DNA of 64,000 nucleotides from Penicillus capitatus (taxonomy: Eukaryota > Plantae > Chlorophyta). The stretch spans positions 372,001 to 436,000 of the forward strand of contig OZ287709.1 of the NCBI GenBank assembly GCA_965649825.1. Direction: 5' to 3'. Below are positions 1 through 13,084 of the stretch, piece by piece. The translations under genes and the position numbers were made by a program. Position 1 is the stretch's first letter; the number at the start of each line of letters is the position of its first letter. A model generated the notes under the pieces. It did not search any database and had not been told where the DNA came from. It saw only the letters and a list, made by a program, of their open reading frames with translations.

Positions 1-438
1 GTTTGTAGGAAGAACAGAATTATTGCGAGCTTCATGATTCACAGACTATATTCATCATACCATGTTTTCCGTCGGCAATGTCCTCGCGAGACGTCGGTCT
101 GCTAGAGAATTGTCTTATTTCACATCAGCTGCTTTCAAACCAATCGTATAAAAAACTGTGACTCAAGTGGACAGACCACAAGCTTCATGTAGACAAAAAC
201 ATCAGATGAAGTTGAAATATCGCCACGAGAAAGAAGAAAGTTAACCCCATCAAAGAGTACCTTATCCCTGACTTTAACCAGCTTGCTTTCCACTTTGACA
301 GAAATGCTTTACGGCAAAAACCTACGATGTCAAAGAAGGAGAAGAAAGCTCAAGAAATCCCACATATGATGGTAAAATAAAAACGGATCGTGCAGTTGTT
401 GATGTTGTGGTGAAAGAATATGGAAATCGGAAGAGCCA

Positions 439-1569
439 CTATTTCTGCTCTGTCTTTTTGTTGCCGCTGCCAATTTGTTTCTTCAACAATGCATCCACTT
501 CTTCCTGCTTGGCAAAGCGGCCTTTGATGCGTGGACGATTCTCGGCATAGGCTTTACGCGATGCGTAACGGATCCTGTGTCCCCACGTCCGTCTCTTACG
601 TTTTTCTAGATATCTATCACACAAAGAGGCAGCTTCGCATCAGCTCCCTTTCAGACATCGGATGCAGATCAGACCTTGCTACTTTTGCCTTTCGAATGAG
701 GTTCTGTTCAGCAGTGAGCTTTCGAGGAGGGATTGGAACAGTGTTGCTGGGTTGTGCCACTTCGACGGCGGGAGTCATGTCGGGGTGCACATTCACTCGA
801 TAATGTTGCACAGCTGTCGCAGGAGCAAACGTGCCCGATGGACAACATGACGAGGCGGCAAACACACAGCAACCATTCATCCAAGGCCTTTCTATCCCTA
901 AACCATACATACTCCATCACTTACAGGTATTATGCAAAAACGAACAAACATTACCTGCATAGTGGCTTGTTATTGTCGGGCACATTGGATGCTCCTCTTT
1001 GACATATCTCACTTCCTCTCTCTCCTGTTCCTCTTCTTTCATCCAGCCAACATTCGATTTTGCATCCTGCAACGGGAAAACGATCTTTGTGATGTGACCG
1101 ACGGTATGAGGGCGCACATGGAGTGAGCAAACAAGAGTATCATCGTAGTTGGTCGGGTCATCCAAGCAACCCAATACATTATCAGAAAAAAGACAAACAT
1201 CCGGCAGTGTCGTGCAGATGTCATGGTTCGTATGCAAACTACGCCGCGGAAAGAGCGCAGATGAAGGCATTGCTGCCTCGTTCTCCCCCATCTCGGAGCA
1301 TCTCTCAGACGTATTGTCCAGAGGACTCACGCTACTGTCGGTACCGCTTGAATCCTGCGCGACATGTCTGCCTTTTTCAATCATCCGGTGCTTCGTTCTA
1401 CCTGACGGCAATACGTTGCACTGCTGTTTGTCTTGGACAGACAGGCGCCACGCGCATAGAACTCGTTTTCCGTTGCAGGCGCTACTGAAACGATGTCACC
1501 ATTATCGTAGCTTCCGTTCTGAAGCGACGCATGAAACTCATCAGGCGGCCACTTCAGGCGCTGCTGCAT
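439..1569 (-). CDS. CCT-domain (CONSTANS-like/CMF) protein, spliced; 5' end uncertain
   Basis: A GT-AG intron at ~613-666 joins RKAKVAR to [35 protein letters not shown], a full CCT motif. No B-box recognised upstream. Confidence 0.85.
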
Positions 1570-1726
1570 GAACGTCGGTTGAAACGCAGAAGCGCTATCT
1601 TCGAGTCCCACACACTCATACGACGAAAGCAGACCGTATCCAGTGTCTAATTCAGTATTTAGCCACATCGATGCCGTCTGTAGGTCAAACAGGAGATCCC
1701 ACGATCCAGAGCGACAGACGCAAAAG

Positions 1727-2729
1727 ATGGAATGCGCAGGAGTTCTCTTTCGATGTTTTGATGTGACAGTTCCAACCTTCGACGGATTCTTTCGATGGCG
1801 TCGGTTGCGCGCGCGTCTCGAGCAAGATGTCCTGACAGCCACAGTCACGCGGCCTCGCGTCTTGTGCCCGCGGCGTTGTTTCCAGTACATGTCTCTCCGC
1901 CGCATCGGAAACGACCAATCGCGTTGCGCTATGGCATTGACCGTTACGATGCAAGCGATTCGAGACACCTATCGCCTCGGGGTCGCGAGGTCGTGATCTC
2001 GGGCGCCGTTTCGGAAGGACTCCCGGTCTACGAAATAGCGGCGGGAGTTGGCAGTCGTTTCTCATTCGTTTATCTCGGCACTTTGGTCTCCATGCTGCTC
2101 GGTGCGGCCTACCTCGTTGTACGGCAAGTCCTCGTCCGAGTGGAAATGGACGAGGCGATGAAGCGATTGGTCGACAGCATTCGAGCAGGAAATGCCACAA
2201 GCGAGGTCACTCCTCTCACTCTCCTCTAGACTGACATCTCACACTTTTGATAGATCTATTATGAGTTGGCAGCCATCCTGATCCGCAAAAAACTCTATAT
2301 CCAAGCAATCAACAATCTCGAGAAATCCATCAATCTCTGGGAAGAGGAAGATGTGGAACTGGCACAGGTCGAGCAGAAATCGCGAAGTGACGTGACACAT
2401 GTTTGACGATGCAGGTGTACAATGCCTTGGGTTATAGCTACTACTGCCTTGAGAAAAACGATCAGGCACTCACGAATTACAAAAAGGCAGTCGCGCTGCG
2501 TCCGAACTACGTCTCGGCTTGGAATAATCTCGGAGATGCACACGAGCGTGCTGGCCAATGGAAGTGCGATCTGTGACATGCCTCTCTCCCTCGCCATCAC
2601 ATTTTTGCACTTAGGGAAGGCTACGAAGCGTACAAGCAGACACTGAAATACGATGCCGTGAACAAAGTGGCCCTAGAACGCGCGAACTATTTAAAACAAA
2701 AATGCGAACGATTGGGCATTCCGGCTTGA
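1727..2729 (+). CDS. PYG7: Chloroplast TPR protein of the Ycf37/PYG7/CGL71 family (PSI assembly), spliced
   Basis: TM segment YLGTLVSMLLGAAYLVVRQVLVR, then YELAAILIRKKLY..LAQ|VYNALGYSY..AWNNLGDA..YDAVNKVA TPR repeats. The last exons are too short for the ORF track. Confidence 0.85.
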
Positions 2730-2812
2730 ACCATAACCATCCCGTACGAACGCCATTTTGACATGTTCTGTTCATGACACAGTTTTCCTTTAACGTCTGT
2801 CCGTCCGTTTGT

Positions 2813-4279
2813 TCAGCTACTCGTCTCTGAGGCACTGGGTGTCGATGCAGGTGCGGGTTCCAGTTGCGACACGGACGTCGGTGGGGTGGCGGCGGCGGAC
2901 GGCGGCTCCTTTTCTTCAGACGTCTGCTGCTGCGCTTGTAACGTCAACTCATTCATCTTCATCATAAACTGCATGACTTCGGGATCGTTGACGTACTTGC
3001 TCATATTGGCAGGATTCTGTTGCAGGTCCACCACAGCCTGCATCACATTTGGCTTCTGCATCATTGCCACCACTTCAGGCTCGTTCATCAGTTTCTTCAT
3101 CAGCACGTCGGGACTGATGTTCATCGTCTCTAACTGTCTTTTCATATCGGATTGTCCCGCCTGTGTTTTGAACCCCTGCACCACAGACGGGTACAGAAAT
3201 TGTTGCAAGGCGATTTAGAGACTTTGATCTGTTGGAGAAGCTGAGGCGTCATCATTGACTTGAACTGCTCTTTCACCATTGGCGACGACATGAGGTTCTC
3301 TAGCATTTCGGGACTTCTCATATTCTCGGGGAGAAACTGCACGAGAGATTCGCGCATTTGTGGATCTCGTAACATATCGAACATGTAGTCCACTGCCTCG
3401 TCAGGGTTCTCCACTACAGGCTGCTCTGTCGTCTGCTCCATCGGAACGTCTTGGAAAAACGAAGGCGATGCCGGTGGCGGCGAGGGCGTCGGCGGCATGT
3501 CCGTTTTCACGGCAGAAGGCGTCTGAACTCCGTTCTTCTGTGGATTTGACTCCTTTGACCCGGCTGGATTGAAAGGAGAGACAGGAGGCGGCGAAGGGGG
3601 AGGTGACGTCGAGGTTTTGGGGGACATCTGAGGTGCCGCTGCTGCTGGGGTAGAAGGTTGAGCCGTCGTGTCATAAGCAGGAGGCGTTGCCATTCCGAAA
3701 GGATTGGCAGATGGCGGTACGGCTCCTCCAAAGGGTGGTGGCGGTGGTGTTCCCTGGGCATTGGACATCTGACTCATCATCTGCTTCATCATCATCTCCG
3801 TCATCGCTTCCTTCGGATGACTGACGAAATTCATGATCCGAGTGAAAACTGTCGCCAACAGCATGCCCACCATGATCCATACCCAGGGAGGCAAGACATT
3901 GGCCGGTTCGACAGTGTACTGAGGAGGCTGGACGGGAAAGACGGGAGGTCCCGTGGGATAGGCTTCGTGGTAGTGCCTCACAGGCGGAGTGGCGACGGGC
4001 AGTTGCGATGGATCTTCAGAAGCGACGGCAATGTCGGCATCGACCATCGCCTAGATGAACGTTCCTTAGGCGGAAAGGCACGAGACAGGTGTTTACCGTT
4101 TCTGCGGCAGGTTCATGGACTTTCTCTTCCGTCGAGCGTCGTTTGGCCTGAGCATAGAGGAACGGACGTCGAGCGGGACGCAGGGGTCTGTTTGTTCGCG
4201 TCAGGAAAAAGTGTCGCTGCGAAGGTGTCCTTCGAACGGCGACGCAGGGGCACTGACGTAGTAAGGCCGAGTGGATCAT
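2813..4279 (-). CDS. TIC40: Chloroplast inner-envelope translocon co-chaperone TIC40, spliced
   Basis: Transit-peptide-like N-terminus, TM segment PWVWIMVGMLLA followed by MMMKQMMSQM, Pro-rich linker, MLRDPQMRESLVQFLPENMRSPE, and C-terminal STI1 domain (LMNEPEV..QNPANMSKYVNDPEVM). Confidence 0.9.
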
Positions 4280-4853
4280 CGCCGCGCAAAACTCAGTGGT
4301 CTGGCCGAACAAGTGATGACGTGTCGTGCACGAGACCACGCACTGTGTGACGTTGCAATGCGATTCTTGCAAAGGGCAGCGATGAAAACCCCGCGCGTGC
4401 CACCGTGTCTGCTGCGCATGTCAGCAAAGACGATCGGTATACGGCGCGTTCTCTACGGTTGCGTATCTACGGTACATGTCCAAAGCAGCCTTACAAACGG
4501 ACAATCGAACAACATTGATATCGGTTCCGCGTTCTCGCTGACTCATCGCTCGAAATATAAACCACGCATTTTTCACGAGAAATCGACCAGATGCCCCAAT
4601 TCAGAAAACTAAAAAGCAAAGAAGATCGTCTTGATGATAAGCAATGCCATGCGAATTCAGAAAATGGTGGATCTCTAATCCTCCGGGCCTCGGACGGGAG
4701 ATGCCCAATGAAACGTCCGCATCAGTCGATGGACGGATGAATGATCCAAATCGCATCAACTGCACTTGGTGATTTGTCATTAAGAAAAGGCGGCCGGCAC
4801 ACGCAGCACAATGTGTACATTATTAGAAGCGAGTGAGTGAATGGGCAACCCAT

Positions 4854-7800
4854 CTATTCTCGATCAGCAGCCATCGCATCCAGTGTATTAGCAATGTGCA
4901 TCGCTAATTTTCGTGCCTCCTAAAACAATAGAGACGATGGTGGGCGATTCGTAAGCGAGAGGATGAGTCACTTGTGAAGCTGCAGCAGCTGCATCTGCTT
5001 TGCTCTTGGCTTCCCTAATCCCCGTTTGAATTTCCCCTTCTGCCCTCCAATGCTCCTCAGCGCGCGCAGAGCCTTCTCGAGCAGACTACAGACAGATATC
5101 AGGGATAGAGCAACGCCAACGAGAACGAACGAACTTCGCGCGCTGTTCGGCAGGCAACCCAGGCTGTCTCTACTTTCTTGGCTATCTCCTCTGGCCACCG
5201 TGGATCTTGCGCTTCATTATTTGTCAATCCTTGAACCCATTTTGGCTTTCCTTCTACCCATTCACCTGCCCACATTTCGCCTAGAGCACCACGTCACGCA
5301 TCGCTCCAATGCAACTCATCCCTCTGCATTTCCTGCCTGTTTCAATTGTATAGATACACCAGCCATGCTTCTTCCCTTGGACCCATTGTCCTTCGTACTT
5401 CTGACCGGTTGCAAAAATGTAAATGCCATATCCGTGCGGAATATCACATTCGTATTCGCCCAGGTATCGATCACTGTTTGGGAAGCAGTAATAACCGTAG
5501 CCGTGTCTCTTGCCGGCCAGGTAGTCTCCAATGTAATTGCTCTCTTCTGTGCATTGCTGCATACCTCTCCCTTCGCGCAGTCCATGTTTCCACTGTCCTT
5601 CGTAATAGTCGCCATTGTAATAGCGACAGGCACCCCAGCCATCCCGCATGCCGTTTGTGTATTCGCCACGATATGTCGAGCCTCGAGCAAAGGTCTCATT
5701 TCCAGCACCATCATAGACACAGTTGTTCCATTGTCCCTCGTACCGCCCCTCGTTGGCAAATGTATAGACTCCGTTGCCCGACATGCGATCGGCAACGAAT
5801 TCTCCTTCGTAAACATCGCCATTGACGAATTGATAGACGCCTTCTCCATTCTTCTTGCCACCCTGATAGCGTCCTTTGTAGATATCTCCATTGCGCAGGC
5901 GGCGAATTTGATAGTCGCCTCCTTGAGTTGAATTTGAAGAAGGAAGGCCTCCAGCCATCTTCATGATCACGGTCTCTTCGACCTTGACAGGACGGGAAGT
6001 GCCATTCGAACTTGCTTCGCTCATCGATGTCTGACGGCCTTCGGATGTCTTGGCAATGCGGGAGGGGGCATAGGAGTCACGTGCCAGTGCAAGATCCATG
6101 GCTGCCTGTGCCGATCCGATCTTGCGGAGAGCTCCGTCGACGGCACGCATGTCACTCAACCGTTTCTGATGCTCTGTCATACTCAGTGCACAGCTTGTAG
6201 GAATTGGATTTCGGGTTTCCATCTCGGTTAATCGATGTGCACAGGTTTTGAACTCAGTCTCGAGTCTTTGGATCTGCCCAACGCAATCAGCAAATCCACG
6301 GAATGCATGATGCCATTCCTCAGGCGACTGCTTCTGGATACCTTCCAAATTATCCATCAGCAAGCCATTATGCCTGTCAAACAGACACAGTGTTCACTAG
6401 ATCGTATGGGGCGATGGAAACCTGAGAAGTGTGTTGATCACATCTTTCATGCTTCGAAGTTTTCCTCGGTAAGCATAGTTATCGTTATCTGTCCCTAGAT
6501 CCTCCAAGAGGGAACTAAAGTTCGGAATTGCATCTAACAGAGCATCTAAGCAACGTCTGACGGCTAATAATCCTTCTTCTGCCACTTCTTCTGGGGCCGT
6601 TGCACTAAAGAGTAACATCAAGGGTAGGAAGAGTGGGATGGATATAGAGGTTGGCACGGGGGAGTGTGTTGGCGAACCGACTCGGCAGGGAGAGGGTTCT
6701 CCACAGCGCGGAGATTTACGGAATAGACAGACGACTCTGCTTCAGAGCGCCGTGACGTCTTGGGACTGGGAGGCGGTGTACCACGAGGTCCAGAAACCCG
6801 ACGCAATGGAGATCCTCCCACAGGCGCAGGAGATCTTGATGTGCCTGTTCAGCATAACAGGTCGTACAATGAAGACCCTGTCTGATAGGCAGTCTCTCTA
6901 CTTGGGATGGCTGTCTTCGAGCGATGATGCGATATGGACAGTTCTGTCGAATCTTGCATCGTTCGCCTCGATCCTTGCATCTCACGCATGGCCTATCATT
7001 TTAGAGAGTGAGACAAAATGAGCAAGGCAGTTTGCATCCACTGCTGTGAGTTCCGTTGCGTAGTTGCGAGAATCGACCGATGCCGTTCGGGTGTGTGGCC
7101 GCGTCCGTGAGCTTCGTGATGTATACGATCCAGAAGGGCCAGGTGTTCGCGATGCCCTTGAACGTCTTCCTGCTTCGATGTAGCCATCGTAGGAATGATC
7201 ATAATCATGCTTGCTCCCTAGATAGCAACACCCACGTCCATACCACGCAACAAAGAGCGCCGCTGCGTACCTTCTGGTTTGCCGTAGATATTGAAATGCG
7301 AATGCATCCAGTAGGGCATAGGAATACGGTCTGTTCCACCTTTGACGCTCCGTAACCGGCGTTCACAAGGATCATACGTTGGCAACGGCTTCCTTTCTGT
7401 AGCACCCATGAAACACGTCCAAAAGCAAATGATGTCTGCGATGAGGACTTTTAAGGTATTTATGAAGAAATTGAAGCAGCTCTAGTGTTTCGCTTGGAGA
7501 TCCCCGCATGAGTTTCTGCACAGCCATGTCCTACACCACAGACACATCTTTAGCAAAACACACAGATGTCGGCATCTGTGCTGTGCTGACCCTGTTGATT
7601 TGTGCATCGGCAAAGACGTTTTGCAAAATCTTGTAGTTCGGAACAAACTCATACTCTTCTCTTGCATGGAAATTCACCTAAACGTAAATGACTCAGCATC
7701 CAGTCCATCGCGACGGGGTCACTCGACGTACTCTGTGAATCGGGACGAGTTCTTCAAAGTAAGCGTCCATCATTTGACAGAAAACCGCCCCAGACGCGAA

Positions 7801-8018
7801 CTGTCAATGAGCGGTTGGGTATCGTATGTTGGAAGTCGAACGCGTCTCACTTCTTCGAGTCGTGTAATGCCGAGCATAAGTGTTTGGTTGACCCAGTCTA
7901 TCAGTTGACTTTTGCTCGGGTGATAAATACCCGAAGTCACAGACGACGTTGCTGAGTGCCGTCCCACTCGGCCCTTTGCTAAGGGCTGAATAACACCGCC
8001 GCCTTCGGAGTCCGACAT
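4854..8018 (-). CDS. Multi-exon protein: EB1-type calponin-homology domain + S/P/R-rich linker + syntaxin-Habc-like helices + 8-9 MORN repeats
   Basis: Spliced CH: LIDWVNQTLMLGITRLEE|FASGAVFCQMMD..|VNFHAREEYEFVPNYKILQ..YDPCERR. Successive in-frame ~47-60 nt GT-AG introns link it to the MORN block (YKGRYQGGKKNGEG etc., 5281-5900). The two domains are secure; the fusion is inferred. Confidence 0.7.
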
Positions 8019-8128
8019 CACCTCACGCAAGAAAGATACGTGCAGAGCAAACAAACAAACAAACACAACGCGGCGAGGCACACGCGTCGAGAACTGCAAA
8101 AAGAGCCAAATGCACGTTATCCGTCTCA

Positions 8129-9858
8129 ATGGCCCATTTTCTAGTAACTTTCACAGCGATGCGCCGACTTGTAAGGCACTACCTTGCTGTTTCTTATAGT
8201 CTTATCTTCAGCAGCTTCGCGTCGGCGATGCTTCCGTCAGATCCCCAAGCGTATCGACATCGACTCGTTATTATCGGTGGTGGACTGGCAGGGCTCTCAT
8301 GTGCCCATGAAGCCTCGCGTCAGTGGGAAAGGGCGTATAGTGGACGTCCGTTCGAGATCTACGTCATTGATAAGGAGCCCCGTCTCGGAGGGAACAGTGT
8401 CAAGGCGAGTAGCGGCATTAATGCCGTCGACGGGAAGGAACCGGACGCCGTGGCGTCTTTTATCAAAGATACACGACTCAGTGGTGGTGGACTGAGCGAC
8501 GATGATCTGATTCAAACGCTCGTAACCCGAAGCGGCGCGGCGATTGAGTTTCTCGAATCGTTTGGGGTGGAATTGAGTGGTTTGACGCAACTCGGTGGAC
8601 ATTCGACGAGTCGCACCCGATTCAATCCCGCTGGACCGAACGTCGGATTTGCGATCATGCAAAAACTCATGGCGGCGGCGGAATCTGATCCGAAAATCGA
8701 AATTATCAAGAGTGCTAAAGTGACGGGCATTGAGATGCTCAATAACCGGCATCCCAGATACGATGTCCTATTCTCCAGGGAAACGTGTAAGTAGCTGCTG
8801 TCATGTCACAATGAGATCGTTCATCCGTCGCGTGTAGATCGAGCACATGTGGATACACGTGCATTTGTGATGGCGACAGGAGGATTTGGAGCAAACAAGA
8901 CATTGCTGGAGAAGTTTGCACCCGAAACGGCGCCATATGCCACGACAAACGGCCCCTGGTCAACAGGTTGCTCCTCGGCCGTTTCTACAGACCGATGTGA
9001 CGTGTTTCGTGTCCAGGGGATGGTCTGGAATTGGGAAAAGAACTTGGAGCGCGATTGGTTCACTTGGAAGAAGTGCAACTGCATCCAACAGGCTTCGTTG
9101 ATCCAAAAGATCCAGATGCAGGTCCTGTCAAGATCTCTTCTGCATGACGCCATTCATGCATGAACATCTCTAGGGAGCAAGATCTTGGCGGCGGAAAAGT
9201 TGAGAGGGTGCGGTGCTATTCTGATGAACATGGAAGGGCATCGTTTTGTGGATGAGCTCAATCGACGGGATCACGTTTACAGCAAGCTCTCAGAACAGAC
9301 GGGTTTCGCTCCTCGATGCTCTGACGGGATTCGGAACGGTCTGCTGCTGTCACAGGGGAGAAGGCGTGGTTGCTGTTATCTGCAGCCGGCGGCGAAAAGT
9401 TCAATGTCAGCCAAATGGGTTTCTACATGGGCCGTGGACTGATCAAGACCTTGGATTCCATTGACGCTATGTCTGAACATACCAAAGTTCCGGCCGCCAC
9501 GCTGAAAAAAGAGATTGAGACGTACAACGCAGCGGCGAAGACGAACAACGATGCATTCGGCAAGACAACGTTTCCCACAGACTTCGACATCAATGGTCCT
9601 TTCTACATGGCAATGATCACACCTGTGGTGCATTACACGATGGGCGGTTTGAGAATCAACACGGACAGTCAGGTGCTTAAAGAAGGCGAAGGCATAGCTC
9701 TACCGGGCATCTATGCTGCCGGAGAGGTGTCAGGAGGATTGCACGGAAAGAACCGCCTCGGTGGAAATTCATTACTGGATTGTGTTGTGTTCGGACGTCA
9801 GGCCGCCAACCATGCGATTCATTACATCGCAGAAACGAATGTTCATGAGGAGCTGTAG
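8129..9858 (+). CDS. Soluble FAD-dependent fumarate reductase (Frd1/Osm1, flavocytochrome c flavin-subunit family), spliced
   Basis: IIGGGLAGL FAD motif, GGNSVKASSGIN, LGGHSTSRT, QLHPTG, EKLRGCGAIL, VHYTMGG, GLHGKNRLGGNSLLDCVVFG; the protein ends HEEL. Confidence 0.95.
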
Positions 9859-10168
9859 GCGAACGAATGATAAAAACGAATCCTGTAAACAGTCTGCGAT
9901 ACGTTGGAAGGGATAAACACTTGTGACGCCCTGTCGATGCACCGGAATGCGTCGGTGACTGGCTCGAGAGGGCCATCGATGTCGGGGCTTTGGCAGTCTT
10001 TTTGCGTTATGTTTGAAGATCAAGTGAAGTGCGTACAGCGACGGTTCCGGTTTAAATGTCTGCGTGTCTTTGATCGACACGCACGTCTATCGTTATGTGT
10101 CGAAAAAAGAAGCCGTTCGAGCAGTACGTGTCTTATTTGGAAATAAAAAACGTTCGAAAGGGATCACT

Positions 10169-11233
10169 CTAAGTCAACTGCAGCACCATTGTGGTCAATG
10201 CCACGCTCCACCTCCAGTACAATACTGCCATAGCGAGAAGAATGAGACACGAGACACATTCAGATGTAGAGTCCGACAGCAACGGAGTAAATGAATTTCT
10301 GTCGGTCCTACGTCGGGTCATCAGAAAACGCACTCTCGCTGACCTTTCCGATTTCCATAGAGCAAAAGAAACATATCCCGCTGAGAAAAACACCATGAGA
10401 AAGGCAGACAGATGCAGACATGGAATCTTGATCGGAGGCGTCGTTTCATCGAAGACGCCGATCGTCGATCTTAGGAATGCGTAACAGAATTCGAAGATGG
10501 CATCGACGACGGCATCAATTTTGTAGAACACAGAAGCCCCTCTCGATTCTACGATACGTTCGCACAACACAGGTGCTCTGCCGAAGAGAAAGATGAGATA
10601 AGTGATGAAATGCGTCGGCAGGTGGTCCTCGAATTTGAGAGTGATGCCAAAAGCGTACGGAAAATTGCCCAGTGTTTCGGTTACCATCAGGAATTGCACT
10701 ATCACGACAATGGGGTTCGGGACCAAAGCAAACATCCACTTCTGGGAGTCATTTGTCACGCTGCCCACCAAAGCTATACAAATTCTACAGATGCGTTCGA
10801 ACAGGATCTCTTGGATAAGGTGACATGACCTGAAGATGATAGACATGTAACGACGCAAGCGCAGAACGCGCTGGGTGGATGAAGCATGATACACGTGCCA
10901 CATGCCAACGGTTAATGCGCTGATGCCGAACAATGGCAGAGTAGGGAGTAACCGAAACTCCTGTTCCACGACTGCCTTGATGGAAATGGAGAACAGGACG
11001 ATAGTAGTGACAAAGAAGAATCGGAGGTCGCCCGGACGGTACATCTGTTCGTAAGCATAGCGTTCGAATTCGGATTCGAGGGCGGCGTCACGGAACGTAA
11101 GCAGCAGTGGACGCATGACTGCGTCCGTAGCTAAACGCATCGCGAAGAAGACGTGCGTGACCTCTCTGAGACGTTTTATGTGATGACTAATGTCGAAACG
11201 CGCTATCACATCATCATCTCCTCTAAGAAGCAA
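10169..11233 (-). CDS. Hypothetical multi-pass membrane protein (possibly spliced)
   Basis: 354-aa ORF with several hydrophobic segments, bracketed by LTFRDAALESEFERY and WKSERSARVRFL. No catalytic domain recognised. Confidence 0.55.
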   Translation of the reverse strand: MLLRGDDDVIARFDISHHIKRLREVTHVFFAMRLATDAVMRPLLLTFRDAALESEFERYAYEQMYRPGDLRFFFVTTIVLFSISIKAVVEQEFRLLPTLPLFGISALTVGMWHVYHASSTQRVLRLRRYMSIIFRSCHLIQEILFERICRICIALVGSVTNDSQKWMFALVPNPIVVIVQFLMVTETLGNFPYAFGITLKFEDHLPTHFITYLIFLFGRAPVLCERIVESRGASVFYKIDAVVDAIFEFCYAFLRSTIGVFDETTPPIKIPCLHLSAFLMVFFSAGYVSFALWKSERSARVRFLMTRRRTDRNSFTPLLSDSTSECVSCLILLAMAVLYWRWSVALTTMVLQLT

Positions 11234-11330
11234 CCAACAACCAAAACTGGCTAACGGCTTTTCCTACGGTAAGGTGCGATATTCCGCTACTGGGGCCGCC
11301 CGAGGCGGTCGATCCACAGAACGAACACAC

Positions 11331-12100
11331 CTACACAAAAGCACAAGGGCGAGGCGGAGGGCTTACTGATTGGCGTCTCTGTGGACGCGCTTTCATCCGC
11401 CCTATCCATCGGATAACAGACCTTGGCGGCACCGCGGCTTCACGTCTTCTTGAATCATTGGGCGATTCCACGTCTTCGACATGCATGCCCCGCATCCCAC
11501 AAGAGCCGCGGCGCACTGGACTGCGTCTGACGCGTCTTGGGATGAATTGTCTTGTCCTCTCGGCTTCATTGAATATCGAGAACCTACAAAACACAAACGA
11601 AATTACTAAAACCTAAACTCACAGCTGCAGGGATTCTCACCATATGGGACGACGGTCCATCTGAGGTTTGATCGCTGTGAGCTTGCGCACCTCCGCATCA
11701 CTTCTTAACCGTAGGCGCTTTGTTTTCCCTGTCGAGTCCCTGCATCGCATAGGTTCTCGTCTCTGCAGAATACACCGCAGAAAGCGCTTGCCTTTGTGAA
11801 TTGGTGACGCTGAGGCATTCACTGCCGTCTGTGCTCACGAAGTTGCGTTGGGGGCATGCCGTCTTCGGCGACCTGCTTTGGGTCTCTCGAATGCCAATGC
11901 CGCCGACGTGGTGGACAAATTCGGCGTTAGCTTGGCGTCCTACGTTCGAAGGAATTTACCTTCAGGATTTGGCGCGAAAACGGCTCGGTCCACGTTTCCG
12001 CGTTCTCGTGCCCGACCACCAGGCTTTTGTCTTCGCTGTTACCTGCAAAAGCAACCTAGAAACGCAAACTTATCACCAAGGGAACACGCGGCAACTGCAA
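11331..12100 (-). CDS. Possible hypothetical spliced basic protein; boundaries uncertain
   Basis: A GT-AG intron joins ORF 11637-11822 to ORF 11331-11594 in frame (MDRRPIW|FSIFNEA). No recognisable motif. Confidence 0.25.
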
Positions 12101-13084
12101 CATACCTTGCGGTGAAGTCGACCGACGGAAGTTGCCTTCGGAGTCCGAACACCTGCAAACGCGAAGAACTTCGCACACGAAGATAACGCATCAGTGTCGT
12201 CGACAGGTCAAGTGAAACTTGCCTATCGAACTCCAATGTTATGCGTCCGGATCTGCGCCACTCGGAGAATAGAAAGAGAAGCACAGGAAACGAGAAAGAC
12301 GAAAACGCCAACTCCATCCGTCTTTTATGGGCTGAGAAGTTCACGATGTGACGTCGCCTGACGTCAGACAACGTCGGAGGAAAGGGCGAATACAGGCGGA
12401 GCAGGAGCGTTTCGGAACGACTTGCTGACACACGTTTCTCAAAAACATCGAGTCCAACTGCCGATCGATGGCGTTTTAATGCCAGCAAGGCACATCGCAA
12501 TGCTCACCGCACCTGGCCGAAGGGCATGCGCATCTCATCAGACCGCCTGTCACATCAGAACCTACTGATCCCGCAAAAAGCTATGCTCTGTATCATGCCT
12601 GTTTGTCTAACCGATACCTATAGATTTCACATAGAAATGTGAAGCTTATTCTTGGCAAACAAGACTTAGATGTCCTCGATTTCGTCCTCCGATGGACTAT
12701 GGCCTTGAACAGAAAGCATCCGTTTCTTGCAGGTGGCTAACTTCGTTGATGCACATATCTGTTTTTGTTACTTTTCATTAAAGAATTCAGCACCCTCGCG
12801 TCGCGCTCTTTCACTCTCAATGCACATGACCTACAGATCGTTTGTGATTAAAAACAAAACTGTACTGATCATGTCCCTATCCACGGCAATCCCATCTTTG
12901 ATGCAACTGGTGTCGCAAGAAGTCAATGTTCTGACAGGATGGTCAAGGAATTCTGCTCAAACGTCGATTCCCGGCCGAGTTCGAGACAAGCCGCCATTGT
13001 TTGCCTGTCTCTGCATTTGCGCCATCTACAATGCGTTCTGGATGGCGTCTATTCGGGAGGTGACACTAGGTGACGTCAGTTCGG

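Noticed and set aside
5026-5931. Long + strand ORFs opposite the MORN exon, and similar shadows (24704-26180, 33182-33505, 48626-49261, 46662-47516)
   Set aside because: Antisense or alternate-frame shadows of real genes or elements, with no independent motifs.
4854-6363. Calling the MORN protein ARC3, TIC100 or RSPH10
   Set aside because: No FtsZ-like domain or plastid transit peptide, and the N-terminal architecture does not fit.
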